Source: an uncultured Ruminococcus sp. (GTDB taxonomy: Bacteria; Bacillota; Clostridia; Oscillospirales; Ruminococcaceae). Taken from it: a stretch of DNA of 64,000 nucleotides. Position 1 is the first letter of the stretch; each line of letters opens with the position of its first letter. Positions 52,203-61,573 of this stretch are shown piece after piece. The DNA lies in assembly GCA_902780695.1 (NCBI GenBank), contig CACZGM010000008.1, positions 509 to 64,508 of the forward strand, read 5' to 3'. Under the pieces are notes generated by a model, which saw only the letters and a program-made list of their open reading frames with translations, was not told where the DNA came from and made no database searches. The position numbers and the translations under genes were made by a program.

Positions 52203-52556
52203 TTATTCGTAATATCCCCTGTATGTGAATGATTCTATCGTCTCTCTGACCGTATTGAGAAACGACTTCTCGCCGAAAGTGTTTAATTTGAAGAACATAG
52301 CCTCGCTGCCGCCGGAGGTTATCGCTGAGATGTAGATATGATCGCCGGTCTTGAAAAGCGTGATCGAAAGCGAGACTCTGTTTTTTCCGAGATAGCTGTA
52401 CCGTTCATAGACACGGACGGCACAGCGTGCGTTAGTATCATAGAAATCCGAGGAGTCTTCAAGAGACGCGCTCAGGCTTCCGCTGTTTACGGCTCTGCAA
52501 ACCGAGTTCAGTATCATATCGAAATCTCCGAAGACTTCACATTGTATTTTTGCCAT
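52203..52556 (-). CDS. hypothetical protein
   Basis: 117-aa ORF packed between glmM and the methyltransferase gene. Confidence 0.5.
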   Translation of the reverse strand: MAKIQCEVFGDFDMILNSVCRAVNSGSLSASLEDSSDFYDTNARCAVRVYERYSYLGKNRVSLSITLFKTGDHIYISAITSGGSEAMFFKLNTFGEKSFLNTVRETIESFTYRGYYE

Positions 52557-52568
52557 ATAATTATCCTG

Positions 52569-53924
52569 TCAACAAAACTGTTCTTTGATCGTATCCGCTA
52601 TCTTATTTGTGTAAAGCTCTACCTTATCCGCGTCCTTGCCTTCGATCATTACACGCACGAGAGGTTCCGTTCCGCTTTCACGGACGAGAATGCGTCCGTC
52701 GCCGCCGAGAGCGTCCTCTGCTTCCTTTATAGACGCAAGTATAGCGTCGTTTTTGTTCCATTTGCCCTTGTTCTCGTCGGTGATCCTGACATTCACAAGA
52801 AGCTGCGGATAGTCCGCGAATTCCTCATTGTACGCCGAAAGCGGTCTGTCGGACTGCGACAGCAGGGAGATCAGCTTTACAGCTGTGAGCTGTCCGTCAC
52901 CGGTAGTCGCATGGTCAAGGAATATGATGTGTCCCGACTGCTCGCCGCCTATGTTGTATCCGCTTTTCAGCATTTCTTCAAGCACATATCTGTCGCCTAC
53001 CGACGTGCATACGGTGGCGATCCCGTGCTCCTTCATATATGTATGGAAGCCGAGGTTGCTCATTACGGTGACAACGGAGGTGTCTTTGTTCAGAACGCCC
53101 TTGTTCTTCATGCTGTCCGAGATTATAGCGATAAGTCTGTCGCCGTCCACGATATTTCCTTTGTCATCTACCGCGAGGCACCTGTCCGCGTCACCGTCAA
53201 AAGCAACGCCGAAGCTGTACTTTCCGTCTTTTACGCGCTTCTGCAATACGTCGATATGTGTTGAGCCGCATTTGTCGTTTATGTTTGTGCCGTCGGGGTT
53301 CGCGTTGATGATATTGCAGTGAACGCGAAGTCTGTCGAACAGCTTCAGTGCGGTCGCGGAAGCACTTCCGTTTGCGCAGTCTGCGATTATGCGCAGCTTG
53401 TTCTCTTTTATCTCTGCGCAGTCCGCAAGATGTTCGATATAAAGATCTGCCGCATTATCGAGAGTGCTCACCCTGCCGACTTCAATGCTGTTTTTCAGCT
53501 GCATCTGTTCCGGAGTGTCAAGTATCAGCGCTTCGATCTCGTTCTCAACGTCGTCGGGCAGCTTGAATCCGGTTCCCGCGAACAGCTTTATTCCGTTGTA
53601 TTCAACACTGTTGTGCGAAGCGGAGATCATCACTCCCGCATCCGCGTGCTCGTGGATCACAAGATACGCCACAGCGGGTGTCGGCACGACTCCGAGCAGC
53701 ACCGCGTCAGCTCCCACAGACATAATACCGGAGATCAGCGCAGCTTCGAGGATATCCGACGAAACGCGGGTGTCCTTGCCGATAAGTATTTTCGCTTTGC
53801 TGCCGGCGGGTTTATGCTTTGTGAGCACGATAGCCGCTGCTCTTCCGATGTTCATCGCAGTCTCGCAGGTGAGCTCCGTTATCGCCACACCGCGGGCTCC
53901 GTCCGTTCCGAATAATCTTCCCAT
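52569..53924 (-). CDS. glmM: phosphoglucosamine mutase
   Basis: MGRLFGTDGARG, active-site SASHNSVEYNGIK, GGEQSGH. Confidence 0.9.
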   Translation of the reverse strand: MGRLFGTDGARGVAITELTCETAMNIGRAAAIVLTKHKPAGSKAKILIGKDTRVSSDILEAALISGIMSVGADAVLLGVVPTPAVAYLVIHEHADAGVMISASHNSVEYNGIKLFAGTGFKLPDDVENEIEALILDTPEQMQLKNSIEVGRVSTLDNAADLYIEHLADCAEIKENKLRIIADCANGSASATALKLFDRLRVHCNIINANPDGTNINDKCGSTHIDVLQKRVKDGKYSFGVAFDGDADRCLAVDDKGNIVDGDRLIAIISDSMKNKGVLNKDTSVVTVMSNLGFHTYMKEHGIATVCTSVGDRYVLEEMLKSGYNIGGEQSGHIIFLDHATTGDGQLTAVKLISLLSQSDRPLSAYNEEFADYPQLLVNVRITDENKGKWNKNDAILASIKEAEDALGGDGRILVRESGTEPLVRVMIEGKDADKVELYTNKIADTIKEQFC

Positions 53925-53936
53925 AAGTTCCTCCTA

Positions 53937-54022
53937 TAATAATTGATAATTGACAATTGACAATTTAAAATTTATGAGTCCGCTTTGCGGACGAATATGG
54001 ATCGTGACGGGATTTGAAAATT
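53937..54022 (-). repeat. box-hairpin-heptamer intergenic element, copy 4 (diverged)
   Basis: Heptamers TGATAAT TGACAAT TGACAAT, hairpin GTCCGC-TTT-GCGGAC, and box ATATGGATCGTGACGGGATTTG. Confidence 0.5.
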
Positions 54023-54057
54023 ATATTTATATTTGTCGCGCTCCATATAAATCCAAA

Positions 54058-54711
54058 TCAGTCGGTATACCCGAAAAATTCTTTAAGTCCCTTGCGGCTT
54101 TTAAGTATCTCCGGTGTGAAACCGTAGTGCGCCGCGGCAGCAAGTGTCACGACCCTTTCGAGAAATTCGTCATAGGGCAGTTCCTGCCATTCCTCCGGTA
54201 TCTCAGTGTGTATCGTGCCGCCGTCGTTGTGACCGCCGCCCCACCACCACTGTTCGTCGAGCTCCGCTTCAAAGGTGCCGTCGTCCATTTTGTTGAACGA
54301 GTAATGCGATGCCCATTCGCGCATACCCTCGGGAGTATGGGGACCCTCCCGGTGCGGCGCATCGTGGGGCAGGGGCGAGTAGTCGGGTTCGTCTTTGTCC
54401 GCCCAACGTCTGTACACCGAGAAGGTCTCGCCGCTGTGCTCCGGCACGCGCTCCGCGGCAACGGTGCCGTCCGTGTATATGACGCGCTTTCGTCCGGGTA
54501 CGCGGTTCTTATCGTTTATGAGATCCTTTATGAACTTTATGGACTTCACATTATGTTTCTGTTTGTCGAGACCGAGGGCTTTCAGCTCCTCGCCGATGTC
54601 CCACGGACAACCCCACATAACATCATAACAGACCGTATCGTTGTTATAGATCTGATATGTGCCGACTTGTTTTTCGCCGTAATATATGTTGTAAATATCC
54701 GCTATTTCCAT
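54058..54711 (-). CDS. hypothetical protein (Trp/Asp/Gly-rich)
   Basis: 217-aa ORF with an RBS. No recognised motif. Confidence 0.5.
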   Translation of the reverse strand: MEIADIYNIYYGEKQVGTYQIYNNDTVCYDVMWGCPWDIGEELKALGLDKQKHNVKSIKFIKDLINDKNRVPGRKRVIYTDGTVAAERVPEHSGETFSVYRRWADKDEPDYSPLPHDAPHREGPHTPEGMREWASHYSFNKMDDGTFEAELDEQWWWGGGHNDGGTIHTEIPEEWQELPYDEFLERVVTLAAAAHYGFTPEILKSRKGLKEFFGYTD

Positions 54712-54768
54712 GGTTCCGGAATTCCCCCGATCCTTTGTTCCGGTGAAGATCGACCGTGTTTTTGTCTT

Positions 54769-55134
54769 TTATTTCTGTACTATCTGTGCGCCGAAAGGCG
54801 TGATAGAAAGCCGTGCTATCTTGAAGAACTGTTTTCCGAATGGTATTCCTACTATCGTAATGCACCACAGCAGGCCGAAAATGAGGTTGACGATCGCCAT
54901 TTCGATGCCGAAGAAAAGGATCCATATAATATTCGCGAGCAGCGATACCGCTCCGCCGCCGTATCTTACGTTCTTGCCGAAAGGCCAGAACGAAAGTGAC
55001 GCGAACTTGAAGCACTGCAGTCCGTATGGAATGCCGATTATCGTTATGCACCACAGCAGTCCGTCGATAAGCCATACAAGACCGCTGAGAAATCCGCCGA
55101 GAAGGAACCAGAGTATATTGCCGATAAATCTCAT
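54769..55134 (-). CDS. YccF-domain inner membrane protein
   Basis: ATG 55134 after GGAGG. Duplicated LWCITI(I/V)GIP(Y/F)G motif. Confidence 0.75.
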   Translation of the reverse strand: MRFIGNILWFLLGGFLSGLVWLIDGLLWCITIIGIPYGLQCFKFASLSFWPFGKNVRYGGGAVSLLANIIWILFFGIEMAIVNLIFGLLWCITIVGIPFGKQFFKIARLSITPFGAQIVQK

Positions 55135-55210
55135 TTCCGACCTCCTTTTTTCATTATCCGGTGAATTGTTATGACACGCCGCCGCAGACGGCACCGCAAG
55201 TGTTCGCTGT

Positions 55211-56266
55211 TCACTCAAACGTCTGCTGTCCCGGTTGTTCTAATCCCAGATGTTTATATGCAAGTGCAGTCGCAGTCCTTCCGCGGGGAGTCCTTGCGAT
55301 AAATCCGAGCTGCATAAGGAACGGCTCGCAAACATCTTCGAGAGTTACCGATTCCTCGCCGAGCGCGGAGGCGAGAGTGTCAAGTCCGACCGGGCCGCCG
55401 TTGTAGCCTTTGATTATCATAGTCAGCATACGTCTGTCGAGACTGTCGAGTCCGAGCTTGTCGATCTCAAGCCTGTCAAGCGCGATATCCGCCATGTCGC
55501 GGGTTATCCTGCCTGTTCCCATAACCTCGGCAAAGTCTCGGACACGTTTGAGAAGCCTGTTCGCGATACGCGGTGTCCCGCGGGAGCGCTTCGCAAGCTC
55601 CATTGCACCATCCTTGTCTGTCGGTATCGAGAGTATAACGGACGAGCGCATGATGATGTCGCAGAGCTGTTCGTCGGTGTAGAGCTCAAGACGCTGTATA
55701 ACGCCGAAGCGGTCGCGCAGAGGCCCCGTTAGCTGTCCGGCGCGGGTGGTAGCTCCCACAAGCGTGAACTGCGGAAGGTCTATGCGTATCGACTGTGCCG
55801 AGGGTCCCTTGCCCATGATGATATCCAGCACATTGTCTTCCATGGCGGGGTAGAGTATTTCCTCGACCTGTCTTGACATACGGTGTATTTCGTCTATGAA
55901 CAGCACATCGCCGTCCTTCAGATTTGTAAGTATCGACGCAAGATCGCCGGGCTTTTCGATAGCGGGACCCGATGTAATGCTGATCCCGACTCCCATTTCG
56001 TTCGCGATTATTCGTGCGAGCGTAGTCTTGCCGAGTCCGGGCGGTCCGTACAGCAGCACATGGTCGAGACTCTCTCCTCTGTCCTTTGCCGCCTTGATAA
56101 AGACCGACATATTCTCCTTGACCTTATCCTGCCCGATGTATTCGTTCAGGCGTTTCGGGCGGAGACTGAATTCTATATCCGTGTCCTCCGGAGAAAATTC
56201 CGGTTCGGTGAGCCGCGTGTTCAGCGAAAAATCGTCCTGTCCGCGGTCATGGTTCATTTCGATCAA
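55211..56266 (-). CDS. ruvB: Holliday junction branch migration helicase
   Basis: [28 protein letters not shown]. Confidence 0.9.
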   Translation of the reverse strand: MIEMNHDRGQDDFSLNTRLTEPEFSPEDTDIEFSLRPKRLNEYIGQDKVKENMSVFIKAAKDRGESLDHVLLYGPPGLGKTTLARIIANEMGVGISITSGPAIEKPGDLASILTNLKDGDVLFIDEIHRMSRQVEEILYPAMEDNVLDIIMGKGPSAQSIRIDLPQFTLVGATTRAGQLTGPLRDRFGVIQRLELYTDEQLCDIIMRSSVILSIPTDKDGAMELAKRSRGTPRIANRLLKRVRDFAEVMGTGRITRDMADIALDRLEIDKLGLDSLDRRMLTMIIKGYNGGPVGLDTLASALGEESVTLEDVCEPFLMQLGFIARTPRGRTATALAYKHLGLEQPGQQTFE

Positions 56267-56281
56267 TTTTCAGTCCTCCCG

Positions 56282-56521
56282 TCAAGAGCCGAACAGCCCG
56301 GTCACAAATCCGATGATATGACCGAATATCGAGCCGATAGTCATTTTATAGAACAAGTATATTATAATAACACAGGCAAGTATTATTATAAAAACGAGTA
56401 TTGCGGTCATCATCTTCCTCTGCCGCGTAAGTTCTTTTTTTATCTCTGCGATCTCGTCCGTTTTTGTTTCCGGAGTATTTTCTGCCTGCACCTCTATGAT
56501 GTCTTCCTTTTTTTCGTTCAT
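56282..56521 (-). CDS. small membrane protein between ruvA and ruvB
   Basis: 79 aa. Charged N-terminus followed by two hydrophobic segments. Confidence 0.5.
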   Translation of the reverse strand: MNEKKEDIIEVQAENTPETKTDEIAEIKKELTRQRKMMTAILVFIIILACVIIIYLFYKMTIGSIFGHIIGFVTGLFGS

Positions 56522-57126
56522 TTTATGCTTCCTATCTTTTTCAGTGCTTCCTTGACAAGCTCGGAAACAGGCATATCCGGCGAAAGTCCGGCAAGAGCTT
56601 TCTGCGCCTGTGATGCGGTAAAACCGAGTGCTGTCAGTGCCGCTGCGGCTTCCGCCATACTTCCGGAGTTTACGGCAGCGGGTCTTGAAAGCTCGGAGAA
56701 GGTTTCCGAGGAGATCTCGCCTATACGGTCTGTCATCTTGTCTTTAAGTTCGAGTATGATGCGGTCGGCGGTCTTTTTGCCTATTCCGGGAACGCGTGTG
56801 AGTACCTTGCTGTCGCCCTGCGCTACACACAGCGCGAATCCCTGCGGCGACATATCCGAAAGTATAGAGAGCGCGGCTTTGGGACCTACGCCGTTTACGG
56901 ACAGCAGCAGTTTGAAGCAGTTGAGCTCTGCGCCCTCTCCGAACCCGAAAAGCTCCACCGCGTCCTCACGGACATTCATATATGTGAGCAGAAATACCTC
57001 TTCACCGGTTTTCAGAGGTGAGAGCGTGTAGCTTGTTGTCCGGCAGGCGTAACCTACTCCCGCACATTCCACGACTGCGAGATCGTTAGTCTTGTGGGTG
57101 AGTTTGCCCCGTAAGCTGTATATCAT
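56518..57126 (-). CDS. ruvA: Holliday junction DNA-binding protein
   Basis: ATG 57126. MIYSLRGKL...VECAGVGY, and HhH region NGVGPKAAL...VPGIGKKTADRI. Confidence 0.9.
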   Translation of the reverse strand: MIYSLRGKLTHKTNDLAVVECAGVGYACRTTSYTLSPLKTGEEVFLLTYMNVREDAVELFGFGEGAELNCFKLLLSVNGVGPKAALSILSDMSPQGFALCVAQGDSKVLTRVPGIGKKTADRIILELKDKMTDRIGEISSETFSELSRPAAVNSGSMAEAAAALTALGFTASQAQKALAGLSPDMPVSELVKEALKKIGSIK

Positions 57127-57157
57127 ATAAATTCTCCTTTTGCCATTGTTTGTGATA

Positions 57158-57661
57158 TCAGTTCTGCTTATGCGCAATGCGGTAAAGCTGCGAGCCGCAG
57201 CAATGAGCGTGACATACCGCAATAGCGAGAGCGTCCGCCGTGTCGTCCGGCTTCGGTATCTCCGGCAGCTTCAGTATGTTCTTTGTCATCTCCTGGACCT
57301 GCTTCTTGACTGCCTTTCCGTAGCCCGTCACGGAGCTTTTCACCTGAAGGGGAGTGTATTCGTATATCTCAATGTTCCTCTGTCTTGCCGCAAGCAGCGT
57401 CACGCCTCTTGCTTCCGCAACTGCTATCGCCGTTTTCTGGTTCGATGTGAAGTACAGCCGTTCCACCGCCATAGCGTCCGGTTTGTATCTGTCCAGCAGC
57501 ACGCAGAGATCGTTGTATATTTCGAGCAGTCTCGTGTTGAGATCGACACCCGCTTTGGTCGTGACCGCGCCGTAGTCCGTCACGCTGAATATTCTATGGT
57601 CGTATTCTATCACGCCGAAGCCGACTATCGCGTAACCCGGGTCTATCCCGATGATCCGCAT
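57158..57661 (-). CDS. ruvC: crossover junction endodeoxyribonuclease
   Basis: ATG 57661 after GGAGG. MRIIGIDPGYAIVGFG. 167 aa. Confidence 0.9.
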   Translation of the reverse strand: MRIIGIDPGYAIVGFGVIEYDHRIFSVTDYGAVTTKAGVDLNTRLLEIYNDLCVLLDRYKPDAMAVERLYFTSNQKTAIAVAEARGVTLLAARQRNIEIYEYTPLQVKSSVTGYGKAVKKQVQEMTKNILKLPEIPKPDDTADALAIAVCHAHCCGSQLYRIAHKQN

Positions 57662-57677
57662 AATAATACCTCCGGAA

Positions 57678-57764
57678 AGAAATAGTGAAAAATGAATAGA
57701 GAATAATGAATAGTGAATAATTCTGGAGTCGTCTTTCGGACGACGGATCATAATTGATATAAGC
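57678..57764 (-). repeat. box-hairpin-heptamer intergenic element, copy 3
   Basis: 6 heptamers (AGAAATA GTGAAAA ATGAATA GAGAATA ATGAATA GTGAATA), hairpin GTCGTC-TTTCG-GACGAC, and diverged box GGATCATAATTGATATAAGC. Confidence 0.6.
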
Positions 57765-58224
57765 TCGCGATTCTGTAAAAAAAGAACCGCAGATGCAATA
57801 CCGCATAGTTATAATCATACTATTATATCATACTTTACAGATAAATGCAACAGTTTTTTGCAAGAATTTCCCATAAGTATAAAAATCCCACCGTACAGCA
57901 TTACTGCCTCTAATGCGGGATTTCTTGTCCGATCTGTTGCCGGAAAACGTTTTCTGTAACAGAAATGTAACTGCGTCCGAATGCACAAAAATTGTCTTGC
58001 GAAATATCGTAATTTATAAATATTTAACGAGAATTTGACACGGGAATACACCGATTGTTAAAAATATGACACTGTTATTAAAAATCCAATATTTTAGATA
58101 AATATAAGATATAAAAATTAAAAAAATGATATAAAATCGACAGGCGCGGTGATATTATTTAGGTAGAATGGCGGGGAAGTTCCGCCACAGTGTTCGACAA
58201 GAAAATTTTATGGAGGTATCATCT

Positions 58225-59511
58225 ATGAAGAAACGGTTTTTAAGCGCATTGACAGCGGCTGCGGTAGCGGTAAGCGCATTTGCGGCATCTGCATTCCCGG
58301 CGGGCGCTCTGCAAAAATTCAGCGGCAGCAAGTTTGAGTCCGGTTTTGATTACTACGAGACCAACAAATTCGAGAAGTCCAACGGCTGGTCTAACGGCGG
58401 AATGTTCGACTGCACATGGGACGGCAACAACGTTTCCTTCAACGGCGGCGTTATGGATCTCAAGATAACCGGCAACAGCTGGAACGGTTACAGAGCTGCG
58501 GAATACCGCACAAATCAGGCTTTCGGTTTCGGTATGTATGACGTGAGCATGAAGCCTATCAGAAATGACGGCGTGGTAAGTTCGTTCTTCACATACACAG
58601 GTCCTTCCGACGGTACCGTATGGGACGAGATCGACATCGAATTTCTCGGCAAGGATACGACAAAGGTGCAGTTCAACTACTATACCAACGGTGTAGGCAA
58701 CCATGAGTATGTCTATAACCTCGGATTCGACGCTTCGCAGGGATTCCACCAGTATGGCTTCTATTGGGACAGAGGCAGCATAACATGGTACGTTGATAAG
58801 AAGCCTGTTTATACCGCAACAAACAATATCCCCCAGACACCCGGACGCATCATGATGAATGCGTGGAACGGCAAGGGCGTTGACGAATGGCTCAAACGCT
58901 ACAACGGCGTAGCCCCGCTTACCGCAAGATATGACTGGGTATCCTATACCGCTCCTTCTTCCGGTAATAACAACAATCAGCAGAACAATAATCAGCAGAA
59001 CAACTGGAATCAGCAGCAGAACAACAATCAGCAGAACAACTGGAACCAGCAGCAGAATAATAACAATAACAACGGCGGTTCGTTCTCATCCAACAAGACT
59101 TATGTTCTTAAGAGCAAGAACAGCGGCAAGGCTCTCGATGTATCATGGGGCTCGAAGGACAACGGCGCGAACGTGCTCCAGTATCAGTACTGCGGCTACA
59201 CCAATCAGAAGTGGTATCTTGAATCGTTAGGAAACGGCTATTACGCGATCAAGAGCGCCAACAGCGGCAAGTGCCTTGATGTTTCCAACGCATCAAATGA
59301 CGACGGCGCGAACGTTCAGCAGTGGGATTACTACGGAGCCGAAAATCAGCAGTGGAAGATAGAGAGCGTAAACGGAAGCTACAGGATCATCAACCGCAAG
59401 AGCGGAAAGGCTCTCGACGTTTCCGGCAAATCCAAGTCTGACAACGCTAACGTTCTCCAGTGGAGATACAACGGCGGTGACAACCAGCTCTGGAACATCT
59501 CCGAGGCATGA
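58225..59511 (+). CDS. secreted GH16 beta-glucanase (lichenase-type) with N/Q-rich linker and C-terminal ricin-B lectin domain
   Basis: ATG 58225 after GGAGG. Signal peptide. [10 protein letters not shown] catalytic motif. Linker [17 protein letters not shown]... Three QxW-type ricin repeats (NQKW, QQW, NQLW). Confidence 0.85.
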   Translation: MKKRFLSALTAAAVAVSAFAASAFPAGALQKFSGSKFESGFDYYETNKFEKSNGWSNGGMFDCTWDGNNVSFNGGVMDLKITGNSWNGYRAAEYRTNQAFGFGMYDVSMKPIRNDGVVSSFFTYTGPSDGTVWDEIDIEFLGKDTTKVQFNYYTNGVGNHEYVYNLGFDASQGFHQYGFYWDRGSITWYVDKKPVYTATNNIPQTPGRIMMNAWNGKGVDEWLKRYNGVAPLTARYDWVSYTAPSSGNNNNQQNNNQQNNWNQQQNNNQQNNWNQQQNNNNNNGGSFSSNKTYVLKSKNSGKALDVSWGSKDNGANVLQYQYCGYTNQKWYLESLGNGYYAIKSANSGKCLDVSNASNDDGANVQQWDYYGAENQQWKIESVNGSYRIINRKSGKALDVSGKSKSDNANVLQWRYNGGDNQLWNISEA

Positions 59512-59722
59512 TAGGAAATAATTAAGGGCTGTACCCCGCTAAGACATGCGAATATTGCGCAGTCAGTTTTTTCGTCAGATTGGCTGAATTTGACGCAGGC
59601 GCCTCCACGGAAGCGGGGAGGCGGCGGTTTGCCGCCAGACGGGCTGACCGACAGACATTGCTGGCGCAAGCCAAGAAAAATTTGGTCAAGATGAAAGCAT
59701 TGTCGTATTCGGGGAATAAAAT

Positions 59723-59781
59723 CAAACAGCAGGAAACCGCGCATTTGCGTAGTTTCCTGCTGTTCTCATCATACCGTATCT
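59723..59781 (-). terminator. 13-bp-stem terminator, copy a of a duplicated ~60-100-nt segment
   Basis: AACAGCAGGAAAC...GTTTCCTGCTGTT. On the minus strand it is followed by TTTGATTTTATT. Lies downstream of 59828..61060. Confidence 0.7.
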
Positions 59782-59827
59782 GACCTGTTTTGCCAAGCGG
59801 GAATGTCTTGTTTAGTGGGCTTGTATA

Positions 59828-61060
59828 TTAACTAATTTCGCTTTTTATGTATTCATCCATTTTGCTGAATACTTTTTTGGTGAATGCGACAGCTTCAATA
59901 ACCGTTTTCGGACCGGATACAATGTCTCCTGCGGCAAATACTCCGGGACGATTCGTTTCCCCGCATTCATTTACATCAAAAAGCCCTCTCTGTGTCAGCT
60001 TGACACCGGCGGCTTTCATATCCGCACCGGGTCCTTGACCGATAGCGATTATAACGGAATCAGCCGGCACATCAAAAACGTCTGAATAATCTTCTTCAAA
60101 GCTGAAGCTGCCGTCTGCATTCTCAATACGATTTACACGAACGCATGTGACAGAGTTCTCTTTTATACGGACAGCCTGCGCATAGTGGATGAATTCCACT
60201 CCTTCGAGCTGCGCCATTTCGACCTCTTCATGGTTTGCCGTCATGTTTTCTTCGCCCATAAAATGAAGTATAGTAACGTGAGAATGTGAGCGTCTGATCG
60301 CAGTTCGCGCCGCATCGATAGCAACATTGCCCGCACCGATGACTGCAACCCTGTTTCCAAGATTGAACGCTGACGGCGATTTCAGATAATCTACTGCAAA
60401 GTGGACGTGTCCGAGCGTTTCTCCAATAAGTCCTAATTTATTAGGTCTGCCGGTGCCTGTTGCAACAAATACTGCTTTATATCCGTCCGGAAAAAGATCT
60501 TCTATCATTATGTTGGTGCCTATTCTTGTGTTCGGCCGGAAGTGCAATCCCATTTTAAGCATAATATCCTTATACATATCCAGGATCTCTCGCGGAAGTC
60601 TGAACGGAGGGATACCGTATTTCAATACGCCTCCGATATTGTCCTCCGCCTCAAAAAGCGTAACATCATAACCGCTGAGAAGCAGCAAAAGAGACATCGT
60701 TATCCCTGCGGGACCTGAACCGGAAACGGCGACTTTGATCCCGTTCTTTTTTATTTCCGGAATCTCGAATGTTTCAAGATAAAACCTTGAAACAAATTCT
60801 TCGATGCGGTAAAACATTACAGGTTCGCCTTTTATCCCACGCACACAGTGACCCGTGCAGTTCCTTTCGTGCGGGCAGATTATCGAAGTAACGGCGGAAA
60901 GCGGATTGTTGTAAAAAAGTATTTCACCCGCTTCTTTGATTTTTCCGTCAAGAAATAATTCAACTACCCGCGGAACATCCGTTGCAACAGGGCAGTTTGC
61001 TGAGCACATGGCTTTTTTGCATTTCAAACACCTTTCCGCTTCCTGCTTGATTGACGACAT
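59828..61060 (-). CDS. GltD/SudA-like NAD(P)H-dependent FAD oxidoreductase (glutamate synthase small-subunit family)
   Basis: ATG 61060 after GGAGGAA. N-terminal Cys cluster CLKCKKAMCSANCP. Dinucleotide-binding folds VAVSGSGPAG and VAVIGAGNVA. Confidence 0.75.
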   Translation of the reverse strand: MSSIKQEAERCLKCKKAMCSANCPVATDVPRVVELFLDGKIKEAGEILFYNNPLSAVTSIICPHERNCTGHCVRGIKGEPVMFYRIEEFVSRFYLETFEIPEIKKNGIKVAVSGSGPAGITMSLLLLLSGYDVTLFEAEDNIGGVLKYGIPPFRLPREILDMYKDIMLKMGLHFRPNTRIGTNIMIEDLFPDGYKAVFVATGTGRPNKLGLIGETLGHVHFAVDYLKSPSAFNLGNRVAVIGAGNVAIDAARTAIRRSHSHVTILHFMGEENMTANHEEVEMAQLEGVEFIHYAQAVRIKENSVTCVRVNRIENADGSFSFEEDYSDVFDVPADSVIIAIGQGPGADMKAAGVKLTQRGLFDVNECGETNRPGVFAAGDIVSGPKTVIEAVAFTKKVFSKMDEYIKSEIS

Positions 61061-61362
61061 ATATAATTCCTCCCAAAAATAAGAATACACCTTATAAAGA
61101 CCGCCTGACGGCTTTGAGCACGATATGTGCGGTGCGTTTTGAAAATAAAATCCTGCTTACAATCATATAATGCTCTGAAACAATATATCTCCGGCATCTG
61201 AACAAGCAGAATGATTCGGTTTACATAAATTATATAAGAATATTATAGCAAAAGTCGGGTGCGGTGTCAAGTAAACGCAGATATTTTCAGATGTTATAAA
61301 TAATTCTGGCGCGTACAGTTAAATTGTAAATACATAGCATTATCATATCGGGTGAGTGAAAA

Positions 61363-61421
61363 CAAACAGCAGGAAACCGCGCATTTGCGTAGTTTCCTGC
61401 TGTTCTTATCATACCGCATCC
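61363..61421 (-). terminator. terminator, copy b (44 nt identical to copy a)
   Basis: Same hairpin as copy a, followed on the minus strand by TTTGTTTTC. Lies downstream of 61574..63658. Confidence 0.7.
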
Positions 61422-61573
61422 GGGTGGTTTGTCAAGGCAGGATCAGATACATTTATTGTTGTTTAGCACACGTTTCCGCAGATCCTGACTGTACATCTCG
61501 TTATAAACATTCCTAAACGGCATCATATCATTATCTCCCCGGACGGTGTCTGTGCCGTCGTTTACAGCTGCTC

